A stretch of DNA of 63,953 bases, the filler included, from Thelocarpon superellum (lineage: Eukaryota): the NCBI GenBank assembly GCA_026025795.1. It is 3 parts of 3 records of this genome, joined end to end, with 100 filler letters (N's around TTAATTAATTAA, not from the genome) between each part and the next. Parts side by side here need not be neighbours in the genome. Positions count along the whole stretch, not along the records: positions 1 to 24,863 come from JAPEUG010000271.1; 2 more parts are not named here. One strand, given 5' to 3'. Both the position numbers and the translations under genes were made by a program. Shown here piece after piece: positions 1 through 12,801 of this stretch. The first letter of the stretch is position 1. Every line of letters starts with the position of its first letter. Under the pieces are notes generated by a model. The model was not told where the DNA came from, did no database searches, and worked only from the letters and a program-made list of their open reading frames with translations.

Positions 1-2011
1 GTACGTCATGAGATCATGGCGACATCTTGCGCGATCATTCAGATCAAGCCCGTGCCAGCGCACGAGCCCACTTTAGACTCGCCCGCTTGCTACCACTCGG
101 CCCAAACTGCCGAGGCCGAGGCGGCTCAGAGGGCGGCATTCTGAGGACAGCGTCGCGTGAAGACAGGCATACAGACCTGCAACCAGCACGCCATAAGCTC
201 CGTAGGATGATATCACAACTCCCCGTGTACGAGATGCAGTGAGAGGCCGTGATATTGGCTGCTGATCCTCCTGCGCTGGTGCGAAGCGACGCTCAGGCTA
301 AGGAGCTCGACGCATATCCGCGGTTGATCGACGGAGCTCCCAGTGGCACCCTATTCGCTAACGCGAGCTACGGGTAAGTATGTCGTGATCTGCTAGTGCC
401 CATCCGGATAGCAAGATAGCTCACGTGCCTTCAAGGGACTGGACTACGAGTACTGTCTGTTAATAATAATGAACAGCCTTTGTGTAAGCCTTTCTGCTCC
501 AGAGCCCAATAAATCTCATCATCACTCTCTTTTCTATGATACGTTATTGACGCTCCTTGAAGCTACTCTGACCTGTCCTCCTGAGAACGAAGAATGCGGG
601 GATCGTAGTCTTCGAGGTCCTTGGATCTGAGCGAAACTAACATTATTTATTTGACCATGAACAAGTTCATTCAAGTCCGCCCGGAAGTATCGCCAATTGC
701 CCACGGCTTGGAGGGCGCTGTACTCGCGACATTGAAGCAAACCGACGTCGAGCTTTTTGCTGTCTACGCTGTCAAATGAGGGCCGTCTTGTAGGCCGAGC
801 TTGTTCAGTACGGTAGACGCGCAAAGTGGAATGAGCTCTGACCGGAAGAGAGAAGCTCAGGGTAAGCCGGTACACCACAGCACCTGATTCGGCTTCGGCA
901 ATGAATGACCAGCGCCGTGTCGGAGCATATCTCGCTACTATTCAAAAGAGGTTGGTCCTTGTGTTAAATAAGCCCACATAATCTTTCACTTAGATCTTGT
1001 CCAGCGACGGAGCTAAGAATTTCGTCGGACGTCGCTATGGCCCCGGCCGGATCGATTAATTCCATTGCCATCGTCAGCCTGCACCTGAAGTCTAAAGTCT
1101 CCAATGTTTGTGCCTTCGGAGCGAGTCGCTCCGCATAGGAGCACTTCGAGTGCGGACTGGACCAGCCCACCAGCTAGAGAGCGGCCTTTCTGGAGACCAC
1201 CTCGCGACGGCTATTCGCCATCGATAAGAAAGCGGACGACGAGAAAGAATGGGTACTTGAAAAGATCATGGTCTCGTTCTTGCTAGGATAAAGTCTCCCC
1301 ACCAGCGGCGGTGGAGGGGTGGACCAAGCTTCCGGTCGTATGGTCGTACGGACAAATACGCAGTGTGGAGTACTACTCGTACTTAGACATTGGGCGGGGC
1401 ACAAGCGTGGCCGACCCACCCGTCGCTCAAGCCACGGAAGAGCGCTCGGATGAGGAGAGTACTCGCTCTGCCGCTCGGATGGGTCGAGCGAATCATGGGG
1501 TCGGATCACACTCTTAAGCTCTTGTCGAGGGTGCCGACAGGGCAAGCAGCAGGACCGGTTCACCGCAGGTGGGGCAGCCCCCGGCTCGCTCGGCCAATCG
1601 CGACGAGCTCCCCCCGGCGGCAAGGCGGGGGCGTCCCACTTGCGCGCATGCGTGGGCGGTTACGACGCACAGGGAACGTGCATCGTCCGTGGCCATTGGA
1701 CCACTGATGACGAGTAGCTCGAAGGGTCCGGCGTGATGGAGGGTGAGCGTCTCTGGGCGACGTGATGACCAAGGGCCGTGGTGCTCGTCCTTTTCGTGCG
1801 CACGCATCCCAACTTCCCATCCCATCCTCTGCGATCGAGATCCTGCGGCTCACGGATAGACATCAACGGCATCGGCAGCTGGTCTGTGACCGATTCCATT
1901 CCCTCGTCCGTCATCTCCTCGCTGTGCACGAGGCTTGTCGAGGGGCGTCCAGTCGACCACACCGATCGCATCCGGCAACGGTGAGCGTCCATCGGAGCCG
2001 ATTGATCCATC

Positions 2012-2929
2012 ATGCGTCTCTCAAAGGAGTGGAAGACACCCAAGCTGGTGTATGCGCTCTTCGTCGTCGAGTTCGGCGGTACGGTGGCGATGTTGGCTTT
2101 CTTCGGCATTGCCGCACCCAATCTATACCGGACAGCATTGTGGAAGGACGGGGCGCTGAATGGCTTCAACTCTGATCCGGACGAGATCCTCTATGCCTAT
2201 GCCAACTACCAACCCATCCCCACCGTCCCGCTGGTCTGGAGTCAATTGTAAGGCCACCACCTGTGGCACCCTATGTGCTTCCCCGGCCCGTGCGCTCTCT
2301 CGCTGACCGCGCGTCGTAGCCTGACCAACTGGAATTTGGTCATCTCGGTGCTCTCCATGTTCCTGCTCCTTGTGAAAGGAGTGATGCACGTCATGCACCT
2401 CTTCTACCCGTGGCTGAGCCTGCTGGTGCACCTTCTTCTTGTCGGCCTCTACGCCGTGAGCATCGCCGGTCAGGCCGGGTCGGATTACTCCGACCCTGCC
2501 CACCCCAGCCCACGACCGTGGTACTTGACCCAGTCGTGCTCGGTGGCGATGACGCCGCAGGATGAGCACTATTGCGAGCTCGCCAAGGGCACTTTCGCCG
2601 TGACCGTCATCATGCTGTACGTCTTGCCCACATCGAACGACCTTTGATCCTCGATGCTGATCGTACTCTACAGCTCCATCTTTGCCCTCCACGTTCCCCT
2701 CGCCCTCCTGTCGCTCCTCCCCAGCAAGCGAGCGAGACATGCGCGAACTTCCTCCGTCGAGTCGGACGTCCATATGACCAAATTCCAGGAGGACGCCATT
2801 TATTCGCCTAACCGAACGCCTGTGCTGCCCAAATTTCCCCCGCCACCCAAAGTGCCCATCACGCCGCGCACGCAGGCCTTCAATAAGCTGACCCAGTCGC
2901 TCCCATTCCGAAAGTATGAGGAAATGTGA
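2012..2929 (+). CDS. Conserved fungal multi-pass membrane protein (about 4 TM, uncharacterised), 3 exons
   Basis: ORFs 2012-2251, 2273-2647 and 2654-2929 join through introns (GTAAGG at 2248..CTGAC..TAG 2319; GTACGT at ~2616..CTGAT..CAG ~2673). The product has several hydrophobic helices, a luminal Cys pair (YLTQSC..HYC) and a C-terminal TPRTQAFNKL..LPFR tail. Confidence 0.75.
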
Positions 2930-4072
2930 CCGGCACAAAGGATATGGGACGAGAGATGCGAGGGGAAAAGTGGTGGGGATACAACGGAAGTGCAGTAGGT
3001 ATTATGGCAGCGTGACTGCCTCGGCTCACTGGGGTTCTCGGAGTTGGGTCTTACCACGAGATCGACAACCTTTCACATCTAATGTACGGATGGAACCAAT
3101 CTTAAAGCGACAAAGTTGCCCCATGAATGCTGCCCTTGCTGTGATCAACTTGCTACGTGGGGTTGGAGGTGTGTGAAGACCGCCAATGTCAGGTGGATGG
3201 TGCGCGATGGTAACCACCAGGGTACGCACGCTGGTGGTGAGTCAACCGGGTTTGATCGGGGCTGGGCTTGGATAAAGGAGCTACCGATTACAACCAACGA
3301 CTACTCCTGTCTGGGAAGAGATGGCTCTCCCTGAAAAGGAGACCCGTCTCCCAGCTGGAAGGACTGTTTGACCCTCTGCTATGTTCCCTCACAGATGTTC
3401 TCGTCGAGTTGTCCTTGCTCACTCCAAAGGCCGACTTCTGCGCCGTATATCTCGCCGCCCTTGCAGTCGGTATCCTGGTGCTCCGTGACAGTCCCGATCA
3501 TCTTCCGGTGAATATCCTCGCTTGTTCCAAGAACAATCGGCCATTGAACTGCTCAAAGAGCCATCAGCTACAACGAGAGGTAATTCACTAGATCCGTGTT
3601 GGGAAGTTTGTTCGCCCTCGACCGGCTCCACTAAGCCTCTGGCTATTGATCAGCTCCATTGACCTTCTCCCAGCCGCCGACTTATCCCACCTGTCAGGCT
3701 TGTTACTTCGAGGCAGCTTGCTCATCTCAGCCGCTCCACTTCCTCCATCCTTACGTCTTTCTCTACTTCGCGACTCCACACCACCTTCTTCCTCTCGACC
3801 TTTCTCCACTCACCCACGAGACCTCGCAACACCTTTGCCTCTCTTTACTTTCTGATTGCTGACGACTGGTCGTCGACTGATCGCCCCTTGGTTCCGCTTC
3901 AAATTACGTTACCTTTCCAAGTACGACTTTAGATCCGCCTTCCTCGGATTGCATCTTGCCTCGAGGCCCTCCTGATTTCATCCTCGTCCGGTTAACGCCA
4001 TTCTATCTCTCGCCGGCTGAGCTCCGCTTCGCTCTCCCGCGCACCACAGCTCACGCTTTCGCCCGTGTGATC

Positions 4073-6276
4073 ATGGCAAAGAATCGACGCGCCCGCGCTC
4101 GAGGCGCCGTCAAGGCTGAAGCCACCATTCCCACTACTCCCGTTTCCGTGCTTCCCGCTGGACCGACCGCGGTGACCTTGGGCTCGGACCAAATCGAGCT
4201 CCCTGGCGCAGACCGCGCTACGGCCATTCACTCTGTCACGGCTGCGGAAGTGTCCACTGTTGATAGCGCGGGCAAAAATAACTTCGCTCCCGACGGGCAG
4301 TGGGATTCCTCGTCCGTGCCTTTTCCGACCTGGCCCAACGTCCCAGCCAGCGCCTCTCAGCCTCGTGCCAACACAGACCCCCCCGCCCAGATCAAACAGC
4401 GTGTCACAGCTGGCAGTTCCGTCAAATTCAAGTCATGGGCCAAGACTCAGAGCGCAGCTAAGAGCGAGAGCCATGAGTCCTTCTCATCCTTGAGCATCTC
4501 GTCTACGGGCTCTCAAATGAAAGGCCACTGGCGGAACAACCGTCACACAAGCAATCGCTCATCCGGAACCGCAACGAGCAACGCCCTGATCACCCCGCCC
4601 TCGCTTTATACCGCGACACCTCCCTTCAAGCATGCCTGGGCGACCATTGCCGCAGGAGGACGCTCTGAGTGCACCGTGGCGCCTGGTCACGCCCAGCACG
4701 TGGCCTTTAACACGGTCGGCGTAGTTCCGGTCAAGAAGGTCGGAGACTTAGCATTTCCGCATGACCACTTCCCCCGTCTTGGCGCCGCTGCTATCGCTAC
4801 GCAGGCCTGGGCGCCGACTGATACGTCGGCCATCGACGAGGTTTATGCTCAGATCGTGAGAGACCAGCAGGCCGGGCTAAACTGCGCGAACCAACGCTTG
4901 GGCTGGGAAGCCGAGCGGAGGGAGATGGATGCCAAGCAGCGCAAGGCAGACAAGGACCAGCAAGCGCGGCACGAGAAGGCGTTGCGGGTGCAACAAAAGC
5001 TAGGGGCCGAGAACAAGCGCCAATTCGCCCTCCCAACGGAGATCATCATCGAGATCTTGGTGTCGCTTGACCGCCGCTCTCGAAATAGCCTCGTCATGTC
5101 GTGCAAGGACATTTGGACGGCGCTAGGACGCACGACCACGACGTGGAACATGTCCACCGGCGATTTTGGCGGCGCGGAGACGCTGGAGGTGACGCGCCTG
5201 CCGCAGGCCAGCGCGCGCGCCAGCACGGGGCCGATCACGCGCCATGCGAATACCATCGTCGTGGAGGCCACGATGGCCGAGACGAAGGGATATATGCACC
5301 ACGAGCTGCATACCCTGAAGATGATGACGCTCTCGTGCTATAATGTCGCCGATCAGATTCGGCACCTGGAATTCCACCGGGTGTCGCTTCTGACGGCTAG
5401 ACTGGTGGATCATCTGGTGCCGCAGATGCCGAACTTGGAATACCTCGGTAGGTGACGATCCTGTCCGGAATCGAGGTCAGGGACATGGGGCTAACGTGAC
5501 ACGCAGGCATCTTCAACTGCGACTTGCTCGATGCGGCCGACACCATCGACCTGTTGGCGACGATCCGCTGCGGCAAGCGTGCCCTGCCGGTGCAGCTGGA
5601 CTTTGCCCCGCAGACGAGCACGGGCATCAAGCAGGTGGAGATGTTTGTGGCGGTGCCGGCTCTCATGTATGAGATCCTGCCGCAGGCCAAGGCGCAGTCC
5701 GCGCGCCTCACCGCGCCCGGCACGGCGTTTCTCCAGTTCCTACGGACCTACGTGTCGGAGCCGATGCAGGCCAAGATCGAGGCCAATGTGCAAGACAGAG
5801 CGATCATCGACGAGATCGCGGCCCAGAAGCATCGTCGCCCAATATACGCCGTGGACCGCCACTCGAATGACGCGCGGACCTTCGAATGCCAGACCGGGGA
5901 CCACGAGATGGCCGGCTGCTTTTTCGCCAGCAACCAGCTGGCTCGTGGGGCCGAGGACGCCGAGTGCTGGGGCTGCCGCCTCAAGGCGGACCTTCGCGAG
6001 ATCAAGGAGGACGAGAAGTCTTGTCTTTCGGCCCCGGCCAATCTCGTCGGCCGGTGGCTGCAGTCGTGCAGCACCCTCGCGGACATCATGGACTCCGCCC
6101 GGGAGAGCAACGCCGTGCCTCTCTCGCACGACAAGACCTTTGCCGACGAGAATCGGCAGAAGCAGGAGGAGACGGAGCTCGCCCGTCATATTGCCAAGGG
6201 CCACCTCAAGCCAGGGCAGACGCTTAAGCAGCTCAAGGGCCGCCACTCGTGGGTCAAAGCCCCGCGTGGCTATTGA
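4073..6276 (+). CDS. F-box-like domain protein with a disordered N-terminus and a Cys/His-rich C-terminal motif, 2 exons
   Basis: ATG 4073 (MAKNRR); intron 5448-5506 (GTAGGT..CTAAC..CAG) gives LEYLG/IFNCDLL. F-box-like FALPTEIIIEILVSLDRRSRNSLVMSCKDIW, an LRR-like IRHLEFHRV..MPNLEYLGIFNCDLL, and FECQTGDHEMAGCFF..ECWGCRL. Confidence 0.6.
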
Positions 6277-7706
6277 GCCGTGGTAGGTTCCGGCGCGGAA
6301 GATTGGCGGAGAAGGGCGAGGTGGACGAGGTCAGATGACGAGGAAAGTGAAACTGAAGCGCGACTGGATGCGCAATCCCTACATGGTGAAATTGAGCAGA
6401 TCATGAGTAGGATCTAGACAGAACGAATTCGTCTCCCCTCCTGAGGGCACTCTGGACTCCCGAAGATTTGTCAAGAATGCTTTGCACACTTGACTTCGAT
6501 ATCCGCGTTAAGTATTCTGATTGCGTGTAGCCCCCCGTAAAGGCACCTCCCTGAGTATTGTGGAGCTCGCCGGCCGTGGGAGGGCGGAGAACGGGAGACG
6601 TCGCTAATGTCGTCATGTCGTCATGTTCGTCACTTCGTCAAATCCTTGGCGTGATCCTGGCTCACGGCTCTCGAGTAACGTAGTTATTGCACAAGCGACT
6701 CGTTCCAGTTAGCGTAGCGGGAGCCCCGGCAGTACGGCAATCAAGCAAAACCCCATCCCAGGAGCTAAGTTAGAGAGAAGGTACCAAACAACGGACCGGG
6801 GGGCCCCGTGGCGCTGGGCCCTCGCCGATCCGTAACGTACGTCGCCAGTCCTGGGAGCCACCCCCAAAGAAACGTTACAGCCATCTGCGGCCTAACGCCA
6901 CGGGGGGCCGCCACGGAGTGCCACACGACCAAATCCACCGTCATTCGGCGTCAGTCGTTCGTCATTCCGTGCTTTCTCCACCCTGGGACTGCAGCGGTCA
7001 GGAGCCCGTGGAAGCACGACCGTTCGACCATCACCGCGTCCGATCTTTTCACGATTCATCCCTCCCGCCACTGCGTCCGATTGCCAATTAGCCATCGTCA
7101 GGAAATTGGTACAACAGAGTTGGGTGACGCGTCATTCGACCCGTGCAGCGTCTGGTCTAGGGGACGCCATAGAGGGCGGAGATCGGACTTCAGGCCACTA
7201 CGAGGGCTCGCATCAACATCCTCCGCCATTGACGGTTCGCCCGTGCTCCACATCTCGCATCTCGCACCTCGCATCTCGCACTCGCATCTTGCCTCTGGGC
7301 GTTGGATGATCCGCGAACCGGCTGCGAGTCGGCTGCGAATTCCCACCTTCTTTGGTCGGTCTATCCAGCACGGCAGGCCGCTGCGTATCCTGGCCGTCGA
7401 CGTCCTCGGCTTGCGCAGTTCAGATCGGGCCATCCCGCTCATCCAACCCTTCGCACTCGAGCTGTCGGACCCATTCGGCGACGCAGTCGCAGCGCGCACT
7501 CGACTGTGGAGTCAATGTGTGACTGACGGTGACGATCGAACAAAGGGGCTGGCGCGGGAGCGCAGAGGCCGGATCCAGTTCCCTCGCGGGGCGGTATGGA
7601 GGCCGCAGACCAGCTGGATTCGCACGCTTGATACCGTCACCCTTGGCATTCTCGGGTCCTCCTGGTCTGGACGCCGCGGCAGACGGTGGAAGAGCCTCGA
7701 GAGTTG

Positions 7707-10700
7707 ATGCCTATGCCGACCGGCCTGGAATCTTCTCAACGGCCCGCCGCGGCCGCGCGGGCCATTGGTCCGCCCTCTTCTTTGACGGAGACTGAGGAGC
7801 TATCGTCGAGGATGCATGGTCTTTCCGTGTCGAGCGAACATGCGACGAATCAGCCCAAGACGGCCACGGGCCTACAGATGCTCAGTCAGGTGGGCGTGGT
7901 CGAATGGCTTGATCAAGACGACCGGCCCATCTTCGTCATTGACGTCAGCGATGCGGCCAATTTCCTACCGGGCGACCTGCAGATCATTTTCGAAAATGCT
8001 GCGCTCAAAGCCCTAGATGGCTTGTCGGATCGAGTCGCCGGGCGAGTGGACCATTCCGCGCTTGGACTGGCGGTCTTGAGGGACTTCACCGAGTTCAAGG
8101 CCTGGGCCACGAGCTTCGTTCAGGACCACGAGGCGCTAGACGTGAGCCTCCCCGACATTCACTACGAGGGTTGCATCTGGAGCAGCAAGCCGCTCGCCAA
8201 AAGATTCCGGGTGATCATTGGCGTCTACACGCCGAACGTGGCTGGTGCCCGGGCTGCCTCATCGCCCGCGGCCATGCCGATTCTGGCCGCCGATACTTTT
8301 GATCCAGCACGAGCATCAACCCGAATTGGCGTCGCGGAAGATCCCCACCGATTCTCTCCGGCCACGTCCGAGGCGACCGATTATTTCGGTCCGCTCCCGG
8401 CTGACTCCGTATCACGGGTCAGTTCGCCCCGCGCCACCCGACCCCCAACGGCGACAGCGCGGCCAGATGGGCCGACCTCGCCTGCCGAGACGAGCGCCTG
8501 GCGACCGTCCCAGGGGCAGTGGCATCAGGTCGACGCGCCGACCCCCTCTTCCGAGGCATCGCATCAGGGGTCGACTTCGACGGTGGGTAGTCGCCCCACC
8601 GCATCGAGCTGGGGGGCCGAGTCCAGTCACGGCTGCTTTGACTGGACGCGCGTTCCCAATACCCCCTCCCTCCCGCGCCACCTTCGCCTGTTGCGGAGCG
8701 TCGATTGGGCGGCGACTAGTCTCGGACCGATGGAGCAGTGGTCGCCAACTCTCCGTGCCATGTGCAACATGGTCATGGCCAATCCGCACGCGACCGCCAT
8801 GTTCTGGGGCCCAGACCTGGTGGTGATCTACAACGAGGCCTACGTGCCGATTGCGGGATCGAAACATCCGTCCATGCTGGGCCAAAATTATCGCCATGCC
8901 TGGGCCGAGCTCTGGCCCGACCTCGAGCCGATCTTTGAGGGCATGAAGAGGAGCGGCAAGCCGAGTAGCAAGGACGACGACTGCCTCTTCCTGAAGCGGT
9001 TAGGCTACTATGAGGAAACGTATTTCTCCTGGTCGCTCGTGCCCGTGGTCGGTGAAGACGGCACCTGGGCCGGCTGCCTCAATCCCGCCTTCGAGAAGAC
9101 GCGGCGGCGCATCGCTGAACGGCGGATGCATACCCTCCGGGAGGTAGGCGAACGCGTGGCGATGGCCCGCGAGGTGAAGAGCTTCTGGGCTCAGGTCCTC
9201 AAGGGGCTGGAATACAACGCCTTTGATATTCCGTTTGTCCTACTGTACTCGGTGTCGGAAGAGAGCGACAGTGACGTGTCGTCGATGCCGTCTAACAGCG
9301 TCGTCGGCGTGCAATACGCGACCCTGGAGGGCAGTCTTGGCGTGCCCGATGGTCATGCAGCTGCCCCTGCGCGAATCGATCTCGGAAGCTGTACCGAGGG
9401 CTTCGCTCGGCACTTCCGCGAGGCGGCCAAGCACGAGAAACCCATGCTCCTGCGAACCGACGACGGCACGCTGACCGGGCCTCTCGTCGAGGGTCTCGCG
9501 CGGCGGGGATACGCCGACCCGTGTCGAGCCGCGGTCATCTGCCCCATCCACCCCACCACGGGCGAAGCGGCCCTAGGCTTCTTCGTCATGGGCGTCAACC
9601 CGCGACGACCCTACGACGACGACTACGAACTGTTCGTACAGCTGCTTAGTCGACAGTTGGCCACGTCCCTGGCCTCGGCTGTACTCTTCGAGGAGGAGAT
9701 CCGGCGGGGCCAACGGGCGGCGCAGCTGGCGGCCAAGGACCGGATCGAGTTGTCACAGCAGCTGGCGGCCCGCACACAGGAGGCCGTCGAGAGCGACACC
9801 AAGTTCATTCGGATGGCCCAGTTGGCCCCCGTCGGCATCTTCATGGCCGACCGGCAAGGCCAGGTGACCTTCTTCAACGACGCCTGGTATAAGATCTCGC
9901 GCCAGTCGCGCGACGAGGATGCGGCCGAGCACTGGATGGAGTCGGTCATGGATGAGGATCGGGAGACGGTCATGGCCATGTGGCATGCCGTCGTGGTTGA
10001 CCGGCAGCAGACCACGGCGGAGTTCCGGTTCAAGGCGCCGGCCGAGGACCGGCACAGCGCGCCCGGTGACACGTGGGTACTGGCGTCGGTCTATCCGGAG
10101 ACGAGCGCGGATGGCTCGCTCAAGAGCGTGTTCGGCAGCTTGACGGACATCCGACAACAGAAATGGGCCGAGGATTTTCAGAAGCGACGGACGGAGGAGG
10201 CGGTCGAGCTGAAGCGACAGCAGGAGAACTTCATCGACATTACGAGCCATGAGATGCGAAATCCGCTCAGCGCCATCCTGCAGTGTGCCGATGAGATTTC
10301 GACCTCCCTGGCGGTCCATCGCGGGTCGGAGGAGCAGGCTATCGTCGACGTGCCGGCCGACGTGATCGAGAGCAATATCGACGCGGCCCAGACGATCGCG
10401 CTCTGCGCGCAGCACCAGAAGCGGATCGTCGACGACGTGCTCACATTGTCCAAGCTCGACTCGGCCCTGTTGATCGTGACGCCGGTGGATGTGCAGCCGG
10501 TGGCGGTGGCGCAGCGAGCCTTGAAGATGTTTGAGAGCGAGATGCAGAGCAATGATATCGAGCTGCGCTTCGAAGTCTTGGACAGCTACCGTACTTTGGG
10601 CATCAACTGGGTCCGGCTGGATCCATCGCGGCTGCTGCAGGTTCTGATCAACCTGACGACCAACGCCATCAAGTTTACGCACACGCAACGTAAGCGGACC

Positions 10701-11771
10701 ATCATCGTCAGTCTGGGCGCCTCGGTGTCGCGGCCGTCGGACCACGCGTCTCATGGGCCGTCGTCCTCGTCGCTCGCATATTTTCCGACCCGCTCCGAGC
10801 GAACAGACCCGACGACGGGGGCCGATTGGGGCCCGGGCGAAGGCGTCTATCTCACATTTGCCGTGCAGGACACGGGCCGCGGGCTTGACGACGCGGAAAA
10901 GAAGTTGCTCTTCCTCCGCTTCTCGCAAGTCAGCCCGCGCACCCACGTCCAATACGGCGGGTCGGGTCTGGGGCTCTTCATCTCACGCGAGCTAACGGAG
11001 CTTCTGGGCGGCGAGATTGGCGTCTCGTCGGAGAGCGGCAAGGGGAGCACGTTTGCCTTTTACGTCAAGGCCCGGCGCTCGCCGACGGCCGGAACGGAGC
11101 CGGACGGGTTGACGGTCCCAAGCACGCCGGCCCGGAAGAGCTCTGCGGCCCGATCGCCGACGATCGACGCGGGTTTCGCTGGACACGCCCGCGCCTCGGG
11201 TCCCCTCGCCTCCCCGACTCGGACGACGCGGGCACCGGTGAGCTACGACGTGCTCATCGTGGAAGACAATCTGGTGAACCAGCGCGTGCTGGAACGGCAG
11301 CTCCGCAACCTCGGCTGCACCGTGCGGCTGGCCAACCATGGTGGCGAAGCGCTCGCGGTGCTACGACAGAGTGGCTTCTGGCGCGGCCAGGCCAACGATG
11401 CGCCTTGCTTCATCGTGCTGATGGACCTCGAGATGCCGGTCATGGACGGCTTGACGTGTGCGCGTGAGATCCGACGGCTACAGCAGACCGGGGAGATTGT
11501 GCGACATGTGCCCATCGTTGCCGTCACGGCGAATGCGCGGATCGAGCAGATCTCCAATGCCATGGGCGCCGGCACGGTATGTTGTCTCGAGACGCCCTTT
11601 CGTCCCGACGTCCCCGATGAGCGAAGCTAATGCATTCATCTCCAGGACGATGTCATGTCCAAACCCTTCCGCATTCCCGAACTGATCCCGAAGCTCGAGG
11701 AGCTATCACACAAGTATCTTGGTGGCGATCCGTCCGGGTCGTCATCCGCGACGGCCACACCGACGGGGTAG
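7707..11771 (+). CDS. Hybrid sensor histidine kinase (PAS/GAF-like - PAS - HisKA - HATPase_c - REC), probably fungal group XI type, 2 exons
   Basis: H-box FIDITSHEMRNPLSAI, N-box QVLINLTTNAIKFT, G1 VQDTGRGL, G2 YGGSGLGLFIS, receiver VLIVEDNLVNQ..VLMDLEMPVMDG. Intron 11577-11645 supplies DDVMSKPF; stop TAG 11769-11771. Confidence 0.93.
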
Positions 11772-12801
11772 AGGATGACCAGAGGAACGGTCCGGGTCCG
11801 GGTCCGGGTTCGGCCCTTCATTGTACACTTGGTTTCGCATCTTCCTGCTTTCTGTACCTAGAAGCGTTGTGCATTGCTTGCGAGCCTGTGGGAGCATCCA
11901 CGCACGCGATGGATCGCGTGTATCCGTTTCCCCGCACCCTTGATCTCAACGGCGTTGGAGATTACATAGTCTAATCTGGAGATAGTCGTAGACGTTTGAC
12001 GTGTCCACGTTGACGATGGCTCGCAAGCCTGTGTGCAGGTGCCGGGAGTGGTGAATACGAGTGCCGTTCGTATTCACTAAATCAGGTTCACCGACTCGCT
12101 TTATGATTAACACGAAGTCCTCCCGTATTAGAGGATATCCAGCGGCCCCCGCCCCTCGCCCCTCGCCCCTCGCCCCTCGCGAGTTTGGTGCAACGGGGAG
12201 GCCTCTGTACTGTGGAGGCTCCATACGGGAGCTCGAGGCTTCTGAGTAAGCTGCCTCACATGACCCACAATAGCTGTATATTAGAACAACAGATAGCTTC
12301 CATAGAATGGAGCACCCATCTCCAGTGGAATTACCGGGGTGCGTCAGTACTCATACCCTGGAGGAGTGCTTCGTAGGTCGGCGAGGGCAGGCGGATTCGA
12401 TCGCCACTCACAAGGCTGCGTCATGGAGGGATTTGCCAGTTGGTCTAGGGGCGATCAGTGCTAGCCCGGCCGGCTTATGCACGTCCGCTGCCGGGCCCAT
12501 GCCCCAAGACTCGCACCGCCGCACGATAACGCCTTGTGGCCGGTGAGCACCCCAGGCAGCCATATCCTGCCCCTGTCCCTTCAAGCCAATCATCTCATCC
12601 CTCCCCCGGTTCGCCCAGCGATCGAGCCGCGCCCGACTCCGGCCCCCCCCACCACCCGGCGCAGCTCGCGCGGAGCCACGGCGACTGGTCCCACGGGTCG
12701 ACTCAACGCCCTCACCATGCCGTCCGCGTCAGACCTTCACCTCGTTGGGTCTGTCACGACCGCCCGGCCCGATGCGTCGGCGACACGATCCGACGGCCGA
12801 C

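Noticed and set aside
6808..7707. 299-aa ORF upstream of the histidine kinase
   Set aside because: GTG start, Arg/Ser-rich and no recognisable motif; typical of spurious ORFs in GC-rich promoter/UTR DNA.
9753..10952. Long antisense ORFs (also 13861-14907, 16766-17575, 57065-57907, 62386-63261)
   Set aside because: Shadow frames opposite real genes caused by high third-position GC; no independent motifs.
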